Of a stretch of 64,000 bases of DNA, positions 50,556 through 61,442 are shown piece by piece. The position numbers were made by a program, and so were the translations under genes. Every line of letters starts with the position of its first letter. Position 1 is the stretch's first letter. Below the pieces are notes generated by a model. The model made no database searches, was not told the DNA's origin, and worked only from the letters and a program-made list of their open reading frames with translations. This DNA comes from an uncultured Flavobacteriales bacterium (lineage in GTDB: Bacteria; Bacteroidota; Bacteroidia; Flavobacteriales_D; Sanyastnellaceae): NCBI GenBank assembly GCA_943788495.1, contig CALSQO010000001.1, positions 98,902 through 162,901 of the forward strand. The letters are read 5' to 3'.

Positions 50556-52118
50556 GTGAGCAAAGAATTGGTCATTAACTCTGTCTCAGGAGAGGTAGAG
50601 ATCGCCTTGTTGGAGGATGGTCAGCTCGCAGAGCTGCACCGCGATCAGGGCAACAAGGGGTACGCGGTTGGGGATATTTTCCTCGGTCGAGTGAGGAAAG
50701 TATTGCCTAGTCTCAACGCTGCTTTTGTGGATGTGGGACATGAGCGAGATGCATTTTTGCACTACTTGGATTTGGGTCCACACTACAAGACCCAACAGCG
50801 GTATGCAAAACGCGTAATGCAAGGAAAGCAGCCCGTTCCGGATTTGGGAAACTTCAAAAAGGATCCCGAAATTGACAAACGGGGGAAAATCAAGGATGAG
50901 GTTTCGGCATCTCAGCTTGTTTTGGTACAAGTTGCGAAGGAACCAATTAGTTCCAAAGGTCCGAGATTAACAGCAGAGGTGACGCTACCGGGAAGATTCT
51001 TGGTGCTCGTTCCCTTCAGCGAGAAAGTTTCCCTCTCTGGGCGAATAAAATCGGAAAAAGAGCGAACGCGGTTGAAGCGATTGATGCAATCGATTCGTCC
51101 TCCGGGATTTGGAATCATTGTACGGACGGTGGCTGAAGAAAAGGGAGCCGCGGATTTGCATTCCGATTTGGAAGACTTAGTCAGCCGATGGGGTGAAATG
51201 CACAAACGGCTGAAAAACGCCAAGCCTGGAAAGCGGGTGTTGGGTGAGTTGAACAAAACCAGTGCTGTGCTTCGCGATGTTTTGACGCCGGATTGCACGA
51301 GTATCCGAGTGAATGAACCGAAACTCGCGGATGAGGTGAAAACCTATCTTCAAAGCATTGCTCCGGAGAAGGAGAGCATTGTGAAGGTCTCCAAGGACAG
51401 GGACTTGTTCAATACATTGTCCATTCATCGGCAAATCAAGGCCGCCTTCAGCAAGCAGGTGAACTTGCGAAGTGGTGCTTATCTGATCATCGAGCAGACC
51501 GAGGCGATGCACGTCATTGATGTGAATAGCGGCGGGAGAAAGGCAGGAGCCAAGGATCAAGAAGAAAACGCCCTCCATACCAATCTGGAGTGCTGCGAAG
51601 AAATTGCTCGTGTTTTGCGACTGCGCGACATGGGAGGTATAATCTGCGTCGACTTCATTGATATGGCCAAACGTGAGCACAACAAGCAGCTTACGGATGC
51701 CATGAAGAAGGCGATGAAAGGTGACAAAGCCAAGCACAACATTCAACCCCCAAGCCGGTTTGGTGTTGTCGAGATGACGCGTCAGCGTGTTCGGCCTGTG
51801 GCAGATGTCAAAACTTCTGAGAAATGTCCGACATGCCGTGGAACGGGGGAAGTGAAAGCGTCAATCCTATTCACGGATAGCATTGAGGCGGGAATTCGTG
51901 GCGTGACAGAAGGAAAGTCCCTGAAGCGGATTACCATCATGCTGCATCCCATCATTGAAGCCTATGTGAAGCAAGGCTGGTGGAATTCAATTCTTAAGAA
52001 CTGGCAACGGAATTATGGAATTAAGATTCACTTGGAGTCCAATTCTTCGATGGAGATTCTGGAGTTCCACCTCTACAATGACGAAGGAGTAGAGTTGGAC
52101 ATTCCAGGGGCCAACTGA
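50556..52118 (+). CDS. Ribonuclease E/G family protein (RNase G-like)
   Basis: S1 domain GDIFLGRVRKVLPSLNAAFVD, catalytic IDVNSG block, CPTCRGTG zinc link; 520 aa; GTG start. Confidence 0.85.
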   Translation: MSKELVINSVSGEVEIALLEDGQLAELHRDQGNKGYAVGDIFLGRVRKVLPSLNAAFVDVGHERDAFLHYLDLGPHYKTQQRYAKRVMQGKQPVPDLGNFKKDPEIDKRGKIKDEVSASQLVLVQVAKEPISSKGPRLTAEVTLPGRFLVLVPFSEKVSLSGRIKSEKERTRLKRLMQSIRPPGFGIIVRTVAEEKGAADLHSDLEDLVSRWGEMHKRLKNAKPGKRVLGELNKTSAVLRDVLTPDCTSIRVNEPKLADEVKTYLQSIAPEKESIVKVSKDRDLFNTLSIHRQIKAAFSKQVNLRSGAYLIIEQTEAMHVIDVNSGGRKAGAKDQEENALHTNLECCEEIARVLRLRDMGGIICVDFIDMAKREHNKQLTDAMKKAMKGDKAKHNIQPPSRFGVVEMTRQRVRPVADVKTSEKCPTCRGTGEVKASILFTDSIEAGIRGVTEGKSLKRITIMLHPIIEAYVKQGWWNSILKNWQRNYGIKIHLESNSSMEILEFHLYNDEGVELDIPGAN

Positions 52119-52128
52119 GGATTGCGCC

Positions 52129-53361
52129 TCAACGTGCGAGCTCTTTGGGGTAGCAGAGGAAAGACTTGCTGACGGTGCGCGTCAATATTTCACGATTGAG
52201 TTGATCGGAAGCTTCCGCGAAATCTTGCACCGTACCATTCTTGAATTGAATGCCAATGCCTTCCTCGCTGTACAGACTGTTGTGAATGGTGTCATTGATC
52301 ACAAATTGGGCAGCATCTTCCTGGCTGAGCCCCAATCCCTTGGCAACGTCCTGAATGGTCGTTTCCACTTCGTTATTGGAGAAAGGCTGAGAACGCAACT
52401 CGATTTGGAATAGATTGCGATGCACGATTCGCTTGCTCAATTCGCTCAAGATAGGGTCATCGTGGTGTTGCCAGACTTTCAGGGCACACGTGATGTCGCT
52501 GTCATCCAGTTCGCAGAACCGATTGAGAATTTCAGGATCCGCAATGAATTTTGCGCGATCCAGCGATTCATTGATGAAGATGCTCAACGCGGGAGTAGTG
52601 AAAACATCAACTTCGGATAGCGCCAATGCTTTGGCCCTTTTCAAAACGCGCATCAGCATGAATTCTGCACAGAGGACAGTTCGGTGCAAATAGACCTGCC
52701 AATACATGAGCCTTCGCGCCATGAGAAATTTCTCGATGGAATAGATCCCCTTCTCTTCGACCACCAAGCGGTCGTCTTTGACAGCGAGCATTTTGATGAT
52801 GCGTTCACTTCCAATTTTGCCCTCTGCCACCCCGGAGTAGAAACTATCCCTCGCGAGGTAATCCATGCGATCCATGTCCAGTTGAGAAGAGACCAATTGA
52901 TGGAGAAAACGCTTGGGATGGTGGTCGTTGAAGATTGCTATGGCCGTGTCCAACGCACCGTTCAATTCCTCATTTAACCGACTCATGATCAGGGCTGAAA
53001 TATCTTCATGCTGCACCCCTTTGACAATGCTGTGCTCGAGGGCGTGGCTGAAAGGCCCATGGCCAATATCGTGCAGCAGAATTGCAGCGCAAACCGCTTC
53101 ACCTTCCTGGTCTGAGATGTCTGTTCCCTTGGCGCGCAGGACGGCAATGGCCTCTTGCATCAGGTGCAGCGCTCCAATGGCGTGATGAAAGCGGTTGTGC
53201 ACGGCACCTGGATACACCAGATGAGACAACCCCAATTGAGAGATCCTGCGCAAGCGCTGAACGAACGGATGATCCATCAAATCGAATGTGAGTTCGTGTT
53301 GAATGGTGATGAACCCGTAAACCGGATCGTTCAGGATTTTGTTTTTGTTGTGAGTTGACAT
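52129..53361 (-). CDS. HD-domain phosphohydrolase (dNTP triphosphohydrolase / SAMHD1-like family)
   Basis: NDPVYGFI, RFHHAIGA, LLHDIGHGPFSH and DRMDYLARD motifs. ATG at 53361; the track start at 53373 is a TTG. Confidence 0.75.
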   Translation of the reverse strand: MSTHNKNKILNDPVYGFITIQHELTFDLMDHPFVQRLRRISQLGLSHLVYPGAVHNRFHHAIGALHLMQEAIAVLRAKGTDISDQEGEAVCAAILLHDIGHGPFSHALEHSIVKGVQHEDISALIMSRLNEELNGALDTAIAIFNDHHPKRFLHQLVSSQLDMDRMDYLARDSFYSGVAEGKIGSERIIKMLAVKDDRLVVEEKGIYSIEKFLMARRLMYWQVYLHRTVLCAEFMLMRVLKRAKALALSEVDVFTTPALSIFINESLDRAKFIADPEILNRFCELDDSDITCALKVWQHHDDPILSELSKRIVHRNLFQIELRSQPFSNNEVETTIQDVAKGLGLSQEDAAQFVINDTIHNSLYSEEGIGIQFKNGTVQDFAEASDQLNREILTRTVSKSFLCYPKELAR

Positions 53362-53463
53362 CGATGCGTCCAATATCAGTTGGGTTCGAAAGTGCGTTTG
53401 TTAAAAGTGCAAGTTAACTTGTACGGCATACAGCAAGCGCAACTTTACCTATCTGATTTGACC

Positions 53464-55029
53464 ATGCAGCGAACACCGAGGATATTATGGGCCGATGACG
53501 AAATTGATTTGCTCAAGCCCCATGTGCTTTTTCTGGAGAGCAAAGGCTTTCACATGACCCCGGTGAACAGCGGCGTAGAAGCCTTGGATTTGTTGGCTAC
53601 AGATGTGTTTGATCTCGTGTTTTTGGATGAGCAAATGCCGGGGTTGAACGGATTGGAAACCCTCCAACGCATCAAGGAGCAACGTCCCCACTTGCCTGTG
53701 ATCATGATCACCAAGAGCGAAGAGGAACAAATCATGGAGGAGGCCATCGGCTCGAAAATATCTGATTACCTCATTAAGCCGGTCAATCCGAATCAAATCC
53801 TTTTGTCCATCAAGAAGAATCTGGACGAGCGTCGTCTGGTAACCGAGAAGGCAATGACGGATTACCAGCGAGAGTTCAGGGAGATTTCGATGCAATTGAT
53901 GGGACGGTTGAATGCGGGCGATTGGACATCGATCTACCAGCGCTTGGTGCACTGGAAATTGGAATTGGAGTCATCACAAGATGAGGGGATGAAAGACATT
54001 CTCGAAATGCAATTCAAGGACGCCAATCGGCAGTTTGCCAAGTTCTATCAGAAAGAATACGCGGAGTGGATGGCTGGCCCTGACGACGATTCCCCAACCC
54101 TGTCACACCGATTGCTTCCCGAGCGATTGCCACAGGTGCTCGAAAAAGCCAAAGACGGTCAGCCTGTATTTTTGGTTGTGATTGACAACCTGCGGATGGA
54201 TCAATGGCGCATGATTGAACCGCTGCTGTTGGATAAGTACCGTGTCGCCAAGAATGACTCCTATTTTTCGATGCTGCCCACAGCTACGCAGTACGCTCGA
54301 AATGCGCTTTTTGCGGGCCTAACTCCCGCCGAGATTGCACGTGTTTTTCCTCAGTATTGGGTCAGTGAGGATGAGGAGGGAAGCAAAAACCGCCACGAAA
54401 AGGCCTTGTTTCAAGCCATGCTGAAGCGCATTGGTTTTGAGGGGAAGTCAGATTACCATAAAATCACCAACCTCGCGGCAGGACGAAAGTTGGTGGAACA
54501 ATTTCACCAATTGAAGGGGAATGACGTCACAGCCGTGGTCTACAACTTTGTCGACATGCTGTCGCATGCCCGAACAGAAATGGAAGTCTTGAAGGAATTG
54601 GCGGAAGATGAAGCGGCTTATCGCTCATTGACTCATTCGTGGTTCGAGCATAGCGCCTTGAAGGAGTTGCTGGATAAGATGGCGGAGTGGAATGCACGCG
54701 TTGTAATTACTACGGACCATGGCACGGTCCGCGTGGGCAATCCGGTGCAAGTCAAAGGGGAGCGCAGTACGAATTCGAATTTGCGGTACAAGGTTGGGCG
54801 GAACCTCGGTTATGATGCAGGAGATATTTTTGAAGTCAGGGAACCTGAAAAATTGGGACTGCCGCGTCCGCATGTCAGCAGCGCGTACATCTTTGCGCGC
54901 GAAGACGATTTCTTAGTTTACCCCAATAAATACCATCATTTTGCTCAGTATTTTCGTGACACATTTCAGCACGGGGGTATCTCATTGGAGGAAGTGGTGA
55001 TTCCGTGGGTGGAACTTGAAACGAATTAA
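53464..55029 (+). CDS. porX: PorX-type response regulator: CheY-like receiver fused to PglZ/alkaline-phosphatase-superfamily domain
   Basis: Receiver ILWADDEIDLLKPHVLFLESKG...VFLDEQMPGLNG...ITKSEE. PglZ region VVIDNLRMDQW...TDHGTV. 521 aa from ATG 53464. Confidence 0.75.
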   Translation: MQRTPRILWADDEIDLLKPHVLFLESKGFHMTPVNSGVEALDLLATDVFDLVFLDEQMPGLNGLETLQRIKEQRPHLPVIMITKSEEEQIMEEAIGSKISDYLIKPVNPNQILLSIKKNLDERRLVTEKAMTDYQREFREISMQLMGRLNAGDWTSIYQRLVHWKLELESSQDEGMKDILEMQFKDANRQFAKFYQKEYAEWMAGPDDDSPTLSHRLLPERLPQVLEKAKDGQPVFLVVIDNLRMDQWRMIEPLLLDKYRVAKNDSYFSMLPTATQYARNALFAGLTPAEIARVFPQYWVSEDEEGSKNRHEKALFQAMLKRIGFEGKSDYHKITNLAAGRKLVEQFHQLKGNDVTAVVYNFVDMLSHARTEMEVLKELAEDEAAYRSLTHSWFEHSALKELLDKMAEWNARVVITTDHGTVRVGNPVQVKGERSTNSNLRYKVGRNLGYDAGDIFEVREPEKLGLPRPHVSSAYIFAREDDFLVYPNKYHHFAQYFRDTFQHGGISLEEVVIPWVELETN

Positions 55030-55049
55030 GACTGTGTCATTCTTGCGCC

Positions 55050-55526
55050 ATGGGTGAATTGCAAGTGGTTTGGAAATCGGGGCCTTTTGAGTTGGCCCAA
55101 TTGGAAGATGTTGCCCAATCGCTTTGGGCTCAATTAAGCGCGCGCATGCGTCACGATGAAAACGACAACCCCCTCGGTGTAGTGGCGCTGCAAGGAGTGA
55201 TGGGTGCGGGGAAAACCACGCTGGTGCGCGCGGTGGGACAGACCGCTGGCATTGATGGTGAAGCAGTGAGCCCAACCTTTGGTTTGGTACAATGCTATGA
55301 GCGCGGCGCTTGGCGCCTTTTTCATTTGGATTTGTACCGCCTTAAGGATGAATCCGAGGCTTGGGATTTGGGGCTAACCGAGTATTTTGATGCGGAAGCA
55401 TTGTGCTTTGTGGAATGGCCAGAACACGCTCCGGGGCTTCTTCCCAATGATTCGTTTCTGCTTCAGATTATTGTGCATGGAGGCCATGACAATGGCGCGC
55501 GGGAGTTAATTCTCAGTCATTCATAG
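55050..55526 (+). CDS. tsaE: tRNA t6A37 threonylcarbamoyltransferase complex ATPase TsaE
   Basis: GVMGAGKTTLVRAV P-loop, SPTFGLV, HLDLYRL. Confidence 0.85.
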   Translation: MGELQVVWKSGPFELAQLEDVAQSLWAQLSARMRHDENDNPLGVVALQGVMGAGKTTLVRAVGQTAGIDGEAVSPTFGLVQCYERGAWRLFHLDLYRLKDESEAWDLGLTEYFDAEALCFVEWPEHAPGLLPNDSFLLQIIVHGGHDNGARELILSHS

Positions 55527-55562
55527 TAGTTCGTCCGCTGGAATTAGTACTTTGCCTCACGT

Positions 55563-56780
55563 ATGAGCGATCATAGCAAAAGAATCCAGTCCTTGGCGCG
55601 CGAAGCAGCGCTCTTGCCGCAAGAAGAAGTGCTGCAAATTTCGGCGCGCAATCAAGAGCTTGTAATCGGTATTCCAAAGGAAGAAAGCTTGCAAGAGAAG
55701 CGCGTGGCTTTGGTGCCCGAGGCAGTGGCGCTGTTGGTCGCTCGCGGCCACCAGGTATTGATTGAGTCCGGAGCGGGTGATCAAGCCCATTTTCAAGACA
55801 GCGACTACAGTGAATCCGGCGCGCACATTGTGTACGATCGCCGCCAGGTTTTTCAGACGGGAATGGTGATCAAGGTAGAGCCGCCGACTTTGGAAGAAGT
55901 GCAGTTGATGGGCATGCGACAAACCATCATCAGTGCCCTGCAATGGACGGTGCAGCCGAAGGGATTGCTGGCCGCTTTGGCCGCCAAGAAAACCACTGCC
56001 ATTGCTTGGGATTTTTTACAGAATGACAACGGAATCTTTCCCTTGGTTCGAGCCATGGGAGAAATTGCGGGAAATTCAGCCATCCTCATTGCTGGAGAGT
56101 TGCTTGCCGGGCCGCATGGACGAGGCAGTCTTTTTGGAGGAGTCTCCGGCGTCCGTCCTTCGGAAGTCGTCATCATTGGTGCAGGCACGGTGGGTGAGTT
56201 TTCGGCCCGAGCTGCCATTGGTTTGGGAGCATCTGTGAAGGTTTTTGATAATAGTCCGCACCGCCTGATCCGCCTGCAAAATGCTTTGGGCCAGCGCTTG
56301 TGGACTTCAACGATTCAGCCCTCTGTTCTTCAGGAAGCATTGAAAACGGCAGACGTCGCTATCGGAGCAATCCGGGGCTCTGGACAGCGTGCTCCTTTGG
56401 TGGTTTCAGAGCCGATGGTGGCGGGCATGCAGCGCGGTTCAGTGGTAATCGACGTCACCATCGATCGCGGAGGGTGCTTTGAAACCAGTCGCGTGACTTC
56501 GCATGAGCGACCAACTTTCGTGGAATTGGATGTGATTCACTACTGCGTTCCCAACATGCCATCCCGTGTGAGCCGGACGGCATCCAAGGGATTGAGCAAT
56601 ATCATGGCGCCTTTGTTGTTGGATTTTGCGGCTGACGGCGGAGTGGAGGAGTCTATCCGCCGCAACCCATTCGCGCGGTCAGGGGTGTACATGTTTAATG
56701 GACAAGTGACCCATCCGGGCCTTGCCGCCGAGTCTGCACTCCCTTTCAAAGACCTCGACCTGTTGTTGGCATCATTCTGA
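55563..56780 (+). CDS. ald: Alanine dehydrogenase / PNT-family NAD(H) enzyme
   Basis: IGIPKEESLQEKRVALVPE N-terminal domain and VVIIGAGTVG Rossmann motif; 405 aa. Confidence 0.75.
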   Translation: MSDHSKRIQSLAREAALLPQEEVLQISARNQELVIGIPKEESLQEKRVALVPEAVALLVARGHQVLIESGAGDQAHFQDSDYSESGAHIVYDRRQVFQTGMVIKVEPPTLEEVQLMGMRQTIISALQWTVQPKGLLAALAAKKTTAIAWDFLQNDNGIFPLVRAMGEIAGNSAILIAGELLAGPHGRGSLFGGVSGVRPSEVVIIGAGTVGEFSARAAIGLGASVKVFDNSPHRLIRLQNALGQRLWTSTIQPSVLQEALKTADVAIGAIRGSGQRAPLVVSEPMVAGMQRGSVVIDVTIDRGGCFETSRVTSHERPTFVELDVIHYCVPNMPSRVSRTASKGLSNIMAPLLLDFAADGGVEESIRRNPFARSGVYMFNGQVTHPGLAAESALPFKDLDLLLASF

Positions 56781-59408
56781 GCCTTTCGTGGCATTGGTCA
56801 TTCCAGACACGACACGTTGTATTTCACTGAGTTTTAGCAAAGCTTCAACCGGGGTGAGGTTATTAAGATCAAGGTCTAAAATTTGCTCCCTGACTTGCTC
56901 GAGCACGGGGTCGTCGAGCTGAAAGATGCTCATCTGAATATCGGACAATTGCGAAGTGGCCGCCTCTTGAACGCGAAGCGCTGGCGTTTCGTCACCTTCC
57001 ATTCCTTGGCGACTGCTCTCGAGTTGCGCCAGCACTGTTTTGGCGCGCCGCACGATTGACTTTGGCACGCCTGCTAATTGGGCAACATGAATGCCGAATG
57101 AATGATTGCTTCCCCCTGCCGCAAGTTTTCGAAGAAAGACGATTTTGCCATCGACTTCTTTGACAGTGACATTCAAGTTTCGAATGCGGCTAAAGCGATC
57201 CTGCATGGCATTGAGCTCGTGATAATGCGTCGCAAAAAGTGTCAAAGGTCGCTCAGTCTGCTGATGCAGGTGCTCTGCAATGGCCCATGCAATGCTCACT
57301 CCGTCATACGTGCTGGTGCCACGACCGATTTCATCCAAGAGAACGAGGCTTCGATCGGTAAGGTTGTTTAGAATGGCTGCGGTTTCATTCATCTCCACCA
57401 TGAAGGTCGATTCACCTGAGGAAATATTGTCCGAGGCACCCACGCGCGTGAAAATGCGGTCGAGCACGCCGAGTGTGGCGGAAGCCGCGGGTACAAATCC
57501 ACCCATCTGTGCCATCAGGGAAATCAGTGCCGTTTGACGAAGCAGTGCAGATTTTCCGGCCATGTTTGGTCCCGTAATCATCAGTATCTGCGCTTGCTCG
57601 CCTTCCAAGGTGATGTCATTGGCAACGTAACGTTCTCCCGCCTTTAGTGTTCGTTCAATCACAGGGTGTCTCCCGTTGCCGATCTGGATGCTGTGATCGC
57701 TGGACATGCGGGGACGGACGTAATGGTATTCCTCTGCAATTTGAGCCAAGCCTGTCAGTGCGTCCAATGCGCCAATGACTTGGGCATTCTCCTGCAAGGC
57801 AGCGATTTCGTTTGCGGTTGCAGCGACCAAATTTTGAAAGCACTCCCATTCCAACGTGCTGGTTTTGCTGTCGGCATCGAGGATTTTCTGCTCGAGCTCC
57901 TTCAATTCTTCGGTGATGTAACGTTCCGCTTGGGTCAGTGTTTGTTTCCGAATCCATTCGGTAGGAACCTTGTCCTTATGGGTGTTTCGAACTTCCAGGT
58001 AGTAGCCGAAAACTTGGTTGTAATCGATTTTTAATGAGGTGATTCCTGTGCGCTCCGTTTCGCGCTGGCAAATCGCATCCAGTGCGGCATTTGAGTCGGA
58101 CTTGATTGTGCGCAAGCTGTCAAGTTCCGCATTAACACCCAATTGAATGACCTGTCCCTTGTTTGGATTCACCGGGGGCTCATCGACCAATTCAGACGTC
58201 AGGCGCTGGAGCAAATGATCGCAGGGAGACATGCGCTCGAGATATGGCAATAGGGGGTCAACTCCTTCGGCAGCGAGTGCAATTTTGTGTGCGCTTTGGA
58301 TTCCCAGCCGCAATTGAGCCAATTCGCGGGGATTGATTCGTCCGGTGCTTGCTTTGGAGGCCAATCGCTCCAAGTCGCCCATGCTTCGGAACAAACCTTG
58401 CATGTTTTCACGCAGCTCATCCTGATCAAATAGAGCATCAACTGCGTTGTGCCGCTGCTCGATCGAAGCGATTTCGGTAAGCGGCATGAGGAGCCAGCGG
58501 CGGAGGGTCCGCGCACCCATTGGTGATCCCGTTCGATCAATTGTCTCAGCCAGGGATTGGCCGTCGGGATGATTGGCTTGCACCAACTCCAAATTTCGGA
58601 TGGTGAATCGATCCATCCATAGCGTTCCTGATGCGTGCAGGGTTTGAATTTGCTTAATATGCCGCGGTCGGTCGTGCTTCGCGTGTTCCAGATAGTGCAG
58701 CACAGCTCCCGCAGCAATCGCGGCTTGCGGTGATTCATCCAGTTGAAATCCCTTTAGATTGCCGGTCTCGAATTGTTTGTGAATCCGATCCGTGGCATAA
58801 TCAATTTTGTAAATCCAATCGTCCAATCGGCTCACGTGCCAGTCTTTCCCAAATTCGTCTTCAAAGGCTTTTTGCAGCGGTTTGGAACAAAGAATTTCCG
58901 AAGGTTGGTGGGCTCTCAATAGGCGATCAACCAATTGTTTGTCTCCTTCTGCAATGGCAAAATGACCTGTGGAGATATCCAAAAATGCCACGCCTGCCGA
59001 TTTTTTGTCCCAATGGAGGGCCGCGAGATAATTGTGGGCTTTTGAATCCAGTACTTGGTCGTGAAAGGCAACTCCGGGTGTGACCAATTCAGTCACTCCC
59101 CGTTTCACAATGCCGACCGCCTTTTTGGGATCTTCGAGTTGATCGCATACGGCCACACGATGCCCTGCTCGCACCAGTTTTGGCAAATAACTGTCGAGCG
59201 AGTGATGGGGAAAGCCAGCCAATTCAATTTCAGAAGCACTGCCATTGCCCCGTTTGGTCAGTACAATGTCCAATGCTTTCGATGCCTTGATGGCATCCTC
59301 TCCAAAGGTTTCGTAGAAATCCCCGACTCGGAAAAGAAGCAGCGCATCAGGATAATCGGTTTTCACCCGATTGTACTGCTTCATTAGCGGTGTTTCTTTC
59401 CTCGCCAT
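56772..59408 (-). CDS. mutS: DNA mismatch repair protein MutS
   Basis: TPLMKQY, FRVGDFYETF, GPNMAGKSA, STFMVEM, DEIGRGTSTYDG. Confidence 0.95.
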   Translation of the reverse strand: MARKETPLMKQYNRVKTDYPDALLLFRVGDFYETFGEDAIKASKALDIVLTKRGNGSASEIELAGFPHHSLDSYLPKLVRAGHRVAVCDQLEDPKKAVGIVKRGVTELVTPGVAFHDQVLDSKAHNYLAALHWDKKSAGVAFLDISTGHFAIAEGDKQLVDRLLRAHQPSEILCSKPLQKAFEDEFGKDWHVSRLDDWIYKIDYATDRIHKQFETGNLKGFQLDESPQAAIAAGAVLHYLEHAKHDRPRHIKQIQTLHASGTLWMDRFTIRNLELVQANHPDGQSLAETIDRTGSPMGARTLRRWLLMPLTEIASIEQRHNAVDALFDQDELRENMQGLFRSMGDLERLASKASTGRINPRELAQLRLGIQSAHKIALAAEGVDPLLPYLERMSPCDHLLQRLTSELVDEPPVNPNKGQVIQLGVNAELDSLRTIKSDSNAALDAICQRETERTGITSLKIDYNQVFGYYLEVRNTHKDKVPTEWIRKQTLTQAERYITEELKELEQKILDADSKTSTLEWECFQNLVAATANEIAALQENAQVIGALDALTGLAQIAEEYHYVRPRMSSDHSIQIGNGRHPVIERTLKAGERYVANDITLEGEQAQILMITGPNMAGKSALLRQTALISLMAQMGGFVPAASATLGVLDRIFTRVGASDNISSGESTFMVEMNETAAILNNLTDRSLVLLDEIGRGTSTYDGVSIAWAIAEHLHQQTERPLTLFATHYHELNAMQDRFSRIRNLNVTVKEVDGKIVFLRKLAAGGSNHSFGIHVAQLAGVPKSIVRRAKTVLAQLESSRQGMEGDETPALRVQEAATSQLSDIQMSIFQLDDPVLEQVREQILDLDLNNLTPVEALLKLSEIQRVVSGMTNATKGSE

Positions 59409-59416
59409 CGGAAGTC

Positions 59417-60631
59417 TTAGGCCACGCGCAACCCTGAATTTTTATCACCTGAGAAGCGACTCTCAGCAAATTTCCGGTTGATGATTAGCTTCTTCTTTTC
59501 GCCTCCGGGCATCTCGTACATGGCTTCGTTTAAGACAGCCTCCATGATGCTGCGTAGACCGCGTGCGCCGAGTTTGTACTCGACTGCTTTTTCCACGAGG
59601 TAATCCAATCCGGATGCTTCGAACTTGAGTTCGATTCCATCCAAAGCGAACAGTTGTATGTATTGCTTGCACAAGGCGTTTTTCGGCTCCGTGAGGATCC
59701 TTCGTAGCGCCGAGGCGTCCAATGGCTTGAGGTGAGTCAGGACGGGAAAGCGACCGATGAGCTCGGGAATCAAACCAAACGATTTGAGGTCTGCGTGTGC
59801 CGCGTATTGCAAATAGGACTCGTCGTCAATGTGCGCTATTTCCTGCTGATAACCAATGGAAGAGCGCTTGATCCTGCGCTCGATGATTTTCTCAATTCCC
59901 GAAAAAGCCCCGCCGCAAACAAACAAAATATTCTTGGTGTTGATGGTGATGAGCTTCTGTTCCGGGTGCTTTCTTCCGCCTTGAGGCGGAACGCTAACTT
60001 CGGCTCCTTCAAGGAGTTTCAATAAAGCTTGTTGAACGCCTTCTCCACTGACATCACGGGTGATGGAAGGGTTGTCACTTTTTCGAGCGATTTTATCGAT
60101 CTCATCGATAAATACGATGCCCCTTTCGGTCCTTTCCACGTCGAAGTCAGCGCTTTGCAGCAGTCTGCTCAAAACGCTTTCAACATCCTCACCGACATAC
60201 CCCGCCTCTGTCAGCACTGTCGCATCAGCGATGCAGAATGGGACATCGAGCATTCTCGCAATGGTTCGGGCAATGAGGGTCTTTCCGGTTCCTGTCTCTC
60301 CGAGCAGAATAACGTTTGATTTATCGATTTCAACAGCGTCTTCAGCAATAGGGTAGACGATGCGTTTGAAGTGATTGTAGACACCAACACTAATGGTCTT
60401 TTTCGCTTCTTCCTGACCGATCACGTATTCATCGAGGTGGGCTTTGATTTCCTTCGGTAGTTTGAGCTGGAAATCGGCCTTTTCCGGTGTGTCTTTTCGT
60501 TCTTCCTGAAGGATGTTGTCGGCTTGTTCAATGCAATTGCCGCAGATGTGTCCGGTGACGCCGGCGATGAGCACATCGACATCTTCCTTGGCTCTTCCGC
60601 AGAAGGAGCAGTTTATAGGGGTGGAACTCAT
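59417..60631 (-). CDS. clpX: ATP-dependent Clp protease ATP-binding subunit ClpX
   Basis: N-terminal C4 zinc finger CSFCGR...CGNC, Walker [18 protein letters not shown]. Confidence 0.95.
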   Translation of the reverse strand: MSSTPINCSFCGRAKEDVDVLIAGVTGHICGNCIEQADNILQEERKDTPEKADFQLKLPKEIKAHLDEYVIGQEEAKKTISVGVYNHFKRIVYPIAEDAVEIDKSNVILLGETGTGKTLIARTIARMLDVPFCIADATVLTEAGYVGEDVESVLSRLLQSADFDVERTERGIVFIDEIDKIARKSDNPSITRDVSGEGVQQALLKLLEGAEVSVPPQGGRKHPEQKLITINTKNILFVCGGAFSGIEKIIERRIKRSSIGYQQEIAHIDDESYLQYAAHADLKSFGLIPELIGRFPVLTHLKPLDASALRRILTEPKNALCKQYIQLFALDGIELKFEASGLDYLVEKAVEYKLGARGLRSIMEAVLNEAMYEMPGGEKKKLIINRKFAESRFSGDKNSGLRVA

Positions 60632-60649
60632 CGTAGTTGTTTTCGGGAA

Positions 60650-61330
60650 TTATTTCCGCTCAAGCACTTCATCAATCATTCCATATTCCTTGGCTTCTGA
60701 CGCAATCATCCAGTAATCGCGATCGGAATCATTCCAGACCTTCTTTTCTGTTTGTCCGCTGTGCGTGGCGATGATGGCGTAAAGTTCTTTTTTCAACTTT
60801 TGGATTTCGCGAGCGGTGATTTCGATGTCCGAAGCTTGACCGCTGGCACCCCCAAGTGGCTGGTGAATCATCACCCGGCTGTGCTTCAGGCCTGTTCGTT
60901 TTCCCGCGGCTCCTGCGCAGAGTAATACGGCCCCCATGGAAGCCGCCATGCCCGTACAGATCGTGGCGACATCCGGACGGATGTATTGCATCGTATCGTA
61001 AATCCCGAGTCCCGCGTAAACGGAGCCTCCGGGTGAATTGATGTAAATCTGAATGTCTTTGGTCGGGTCAGAAGACTCCAGGAACAAGAGTTGCGCCTGC
61101 ACGACATTGGCGATGTAGTCGTCGATACCGGTTCCTAGAAATATGATACGGTCTGCCATGAGCCGAGCAAAGACGTCCACTTCACGGAAGGGCATCTGGC
61201 GCTCTTCAATGACTGTTCGAGTCAAGTTGTTGGGTTGGTCGTATGCGTGAGAAATGAAGTCCCTCACGGTTTGGCTGCTTAGTCCGCGGTCCTTGGAGGC
61301 GAACTTGATAAATTCGTTGCGATCAGTCAT
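60650..61330 (-). CDS. clpP: ATP-dependent Clp protease proteolytic subunit
   Basis: [11 protein letters not shown], catalytic TGMAASMG (Ser) and MIHQPLGG (His). Confidence 0.95.
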   Translation of the reverse strand: MTDRNEFIKFASKDRGLSSQTVRDFISHAYDQPNNLTRTVIEERQMPFREVDVFARLMADRIIFLGTGIDDYIANVVQAQLLFLESSDPTKDIQIYINSPGGSVYAGLGIYDTMQYIRPDVATICTGMAASMGAVLLCAGAAGKRTGLKHSRVMIHQPLGGASGQASDIEITAREIQKLKKELYAIIATHSGQTEKKVWNDSDRDYWMIASEAKEYGMIDEVLERK

Positions 61331-61442
61331 GCATCAAAATTACATCACATGGCATCGTATCCACTTACTTTTTGCAGCCTGAATACCGGCATTTATGAAC
61401 GCGTTATTCCACGCAATGCCTCACTTCAAAAAACCGCTGGGC

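Noticed and set aside
52129-53361. HD-domain dNTPase considered as a stand-alone anti-phage dNTP-depletion gene.
   Set aside because: It is a single gene in a conserved housekeeping context with no mobile-element or defence-island neighbours. This family is a core gene in many Bacteroidota.
53464-55029. PglZ domain as a marker of a BREX-like phage-defence system.
   Set aside because: The protein has an N-terminal CheY receiver and the PorX size and architecture. No pglX/brxC/brxL-like methyltransferase, ATPase or protease genes are nearby. The neighbours are tsaE and ald.
61331-61338. Exact TAnnTTTG match (TAATTTTG, minus strand) just upstream of clpP.
   Set aside because: The motif ends only 4 nt before the clpP ATG, so a transcript from it would start inside or after the start codon. 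The ClpP N-terminus looks genuine, so this is probably coincidental unless the mRNA is leaderless.
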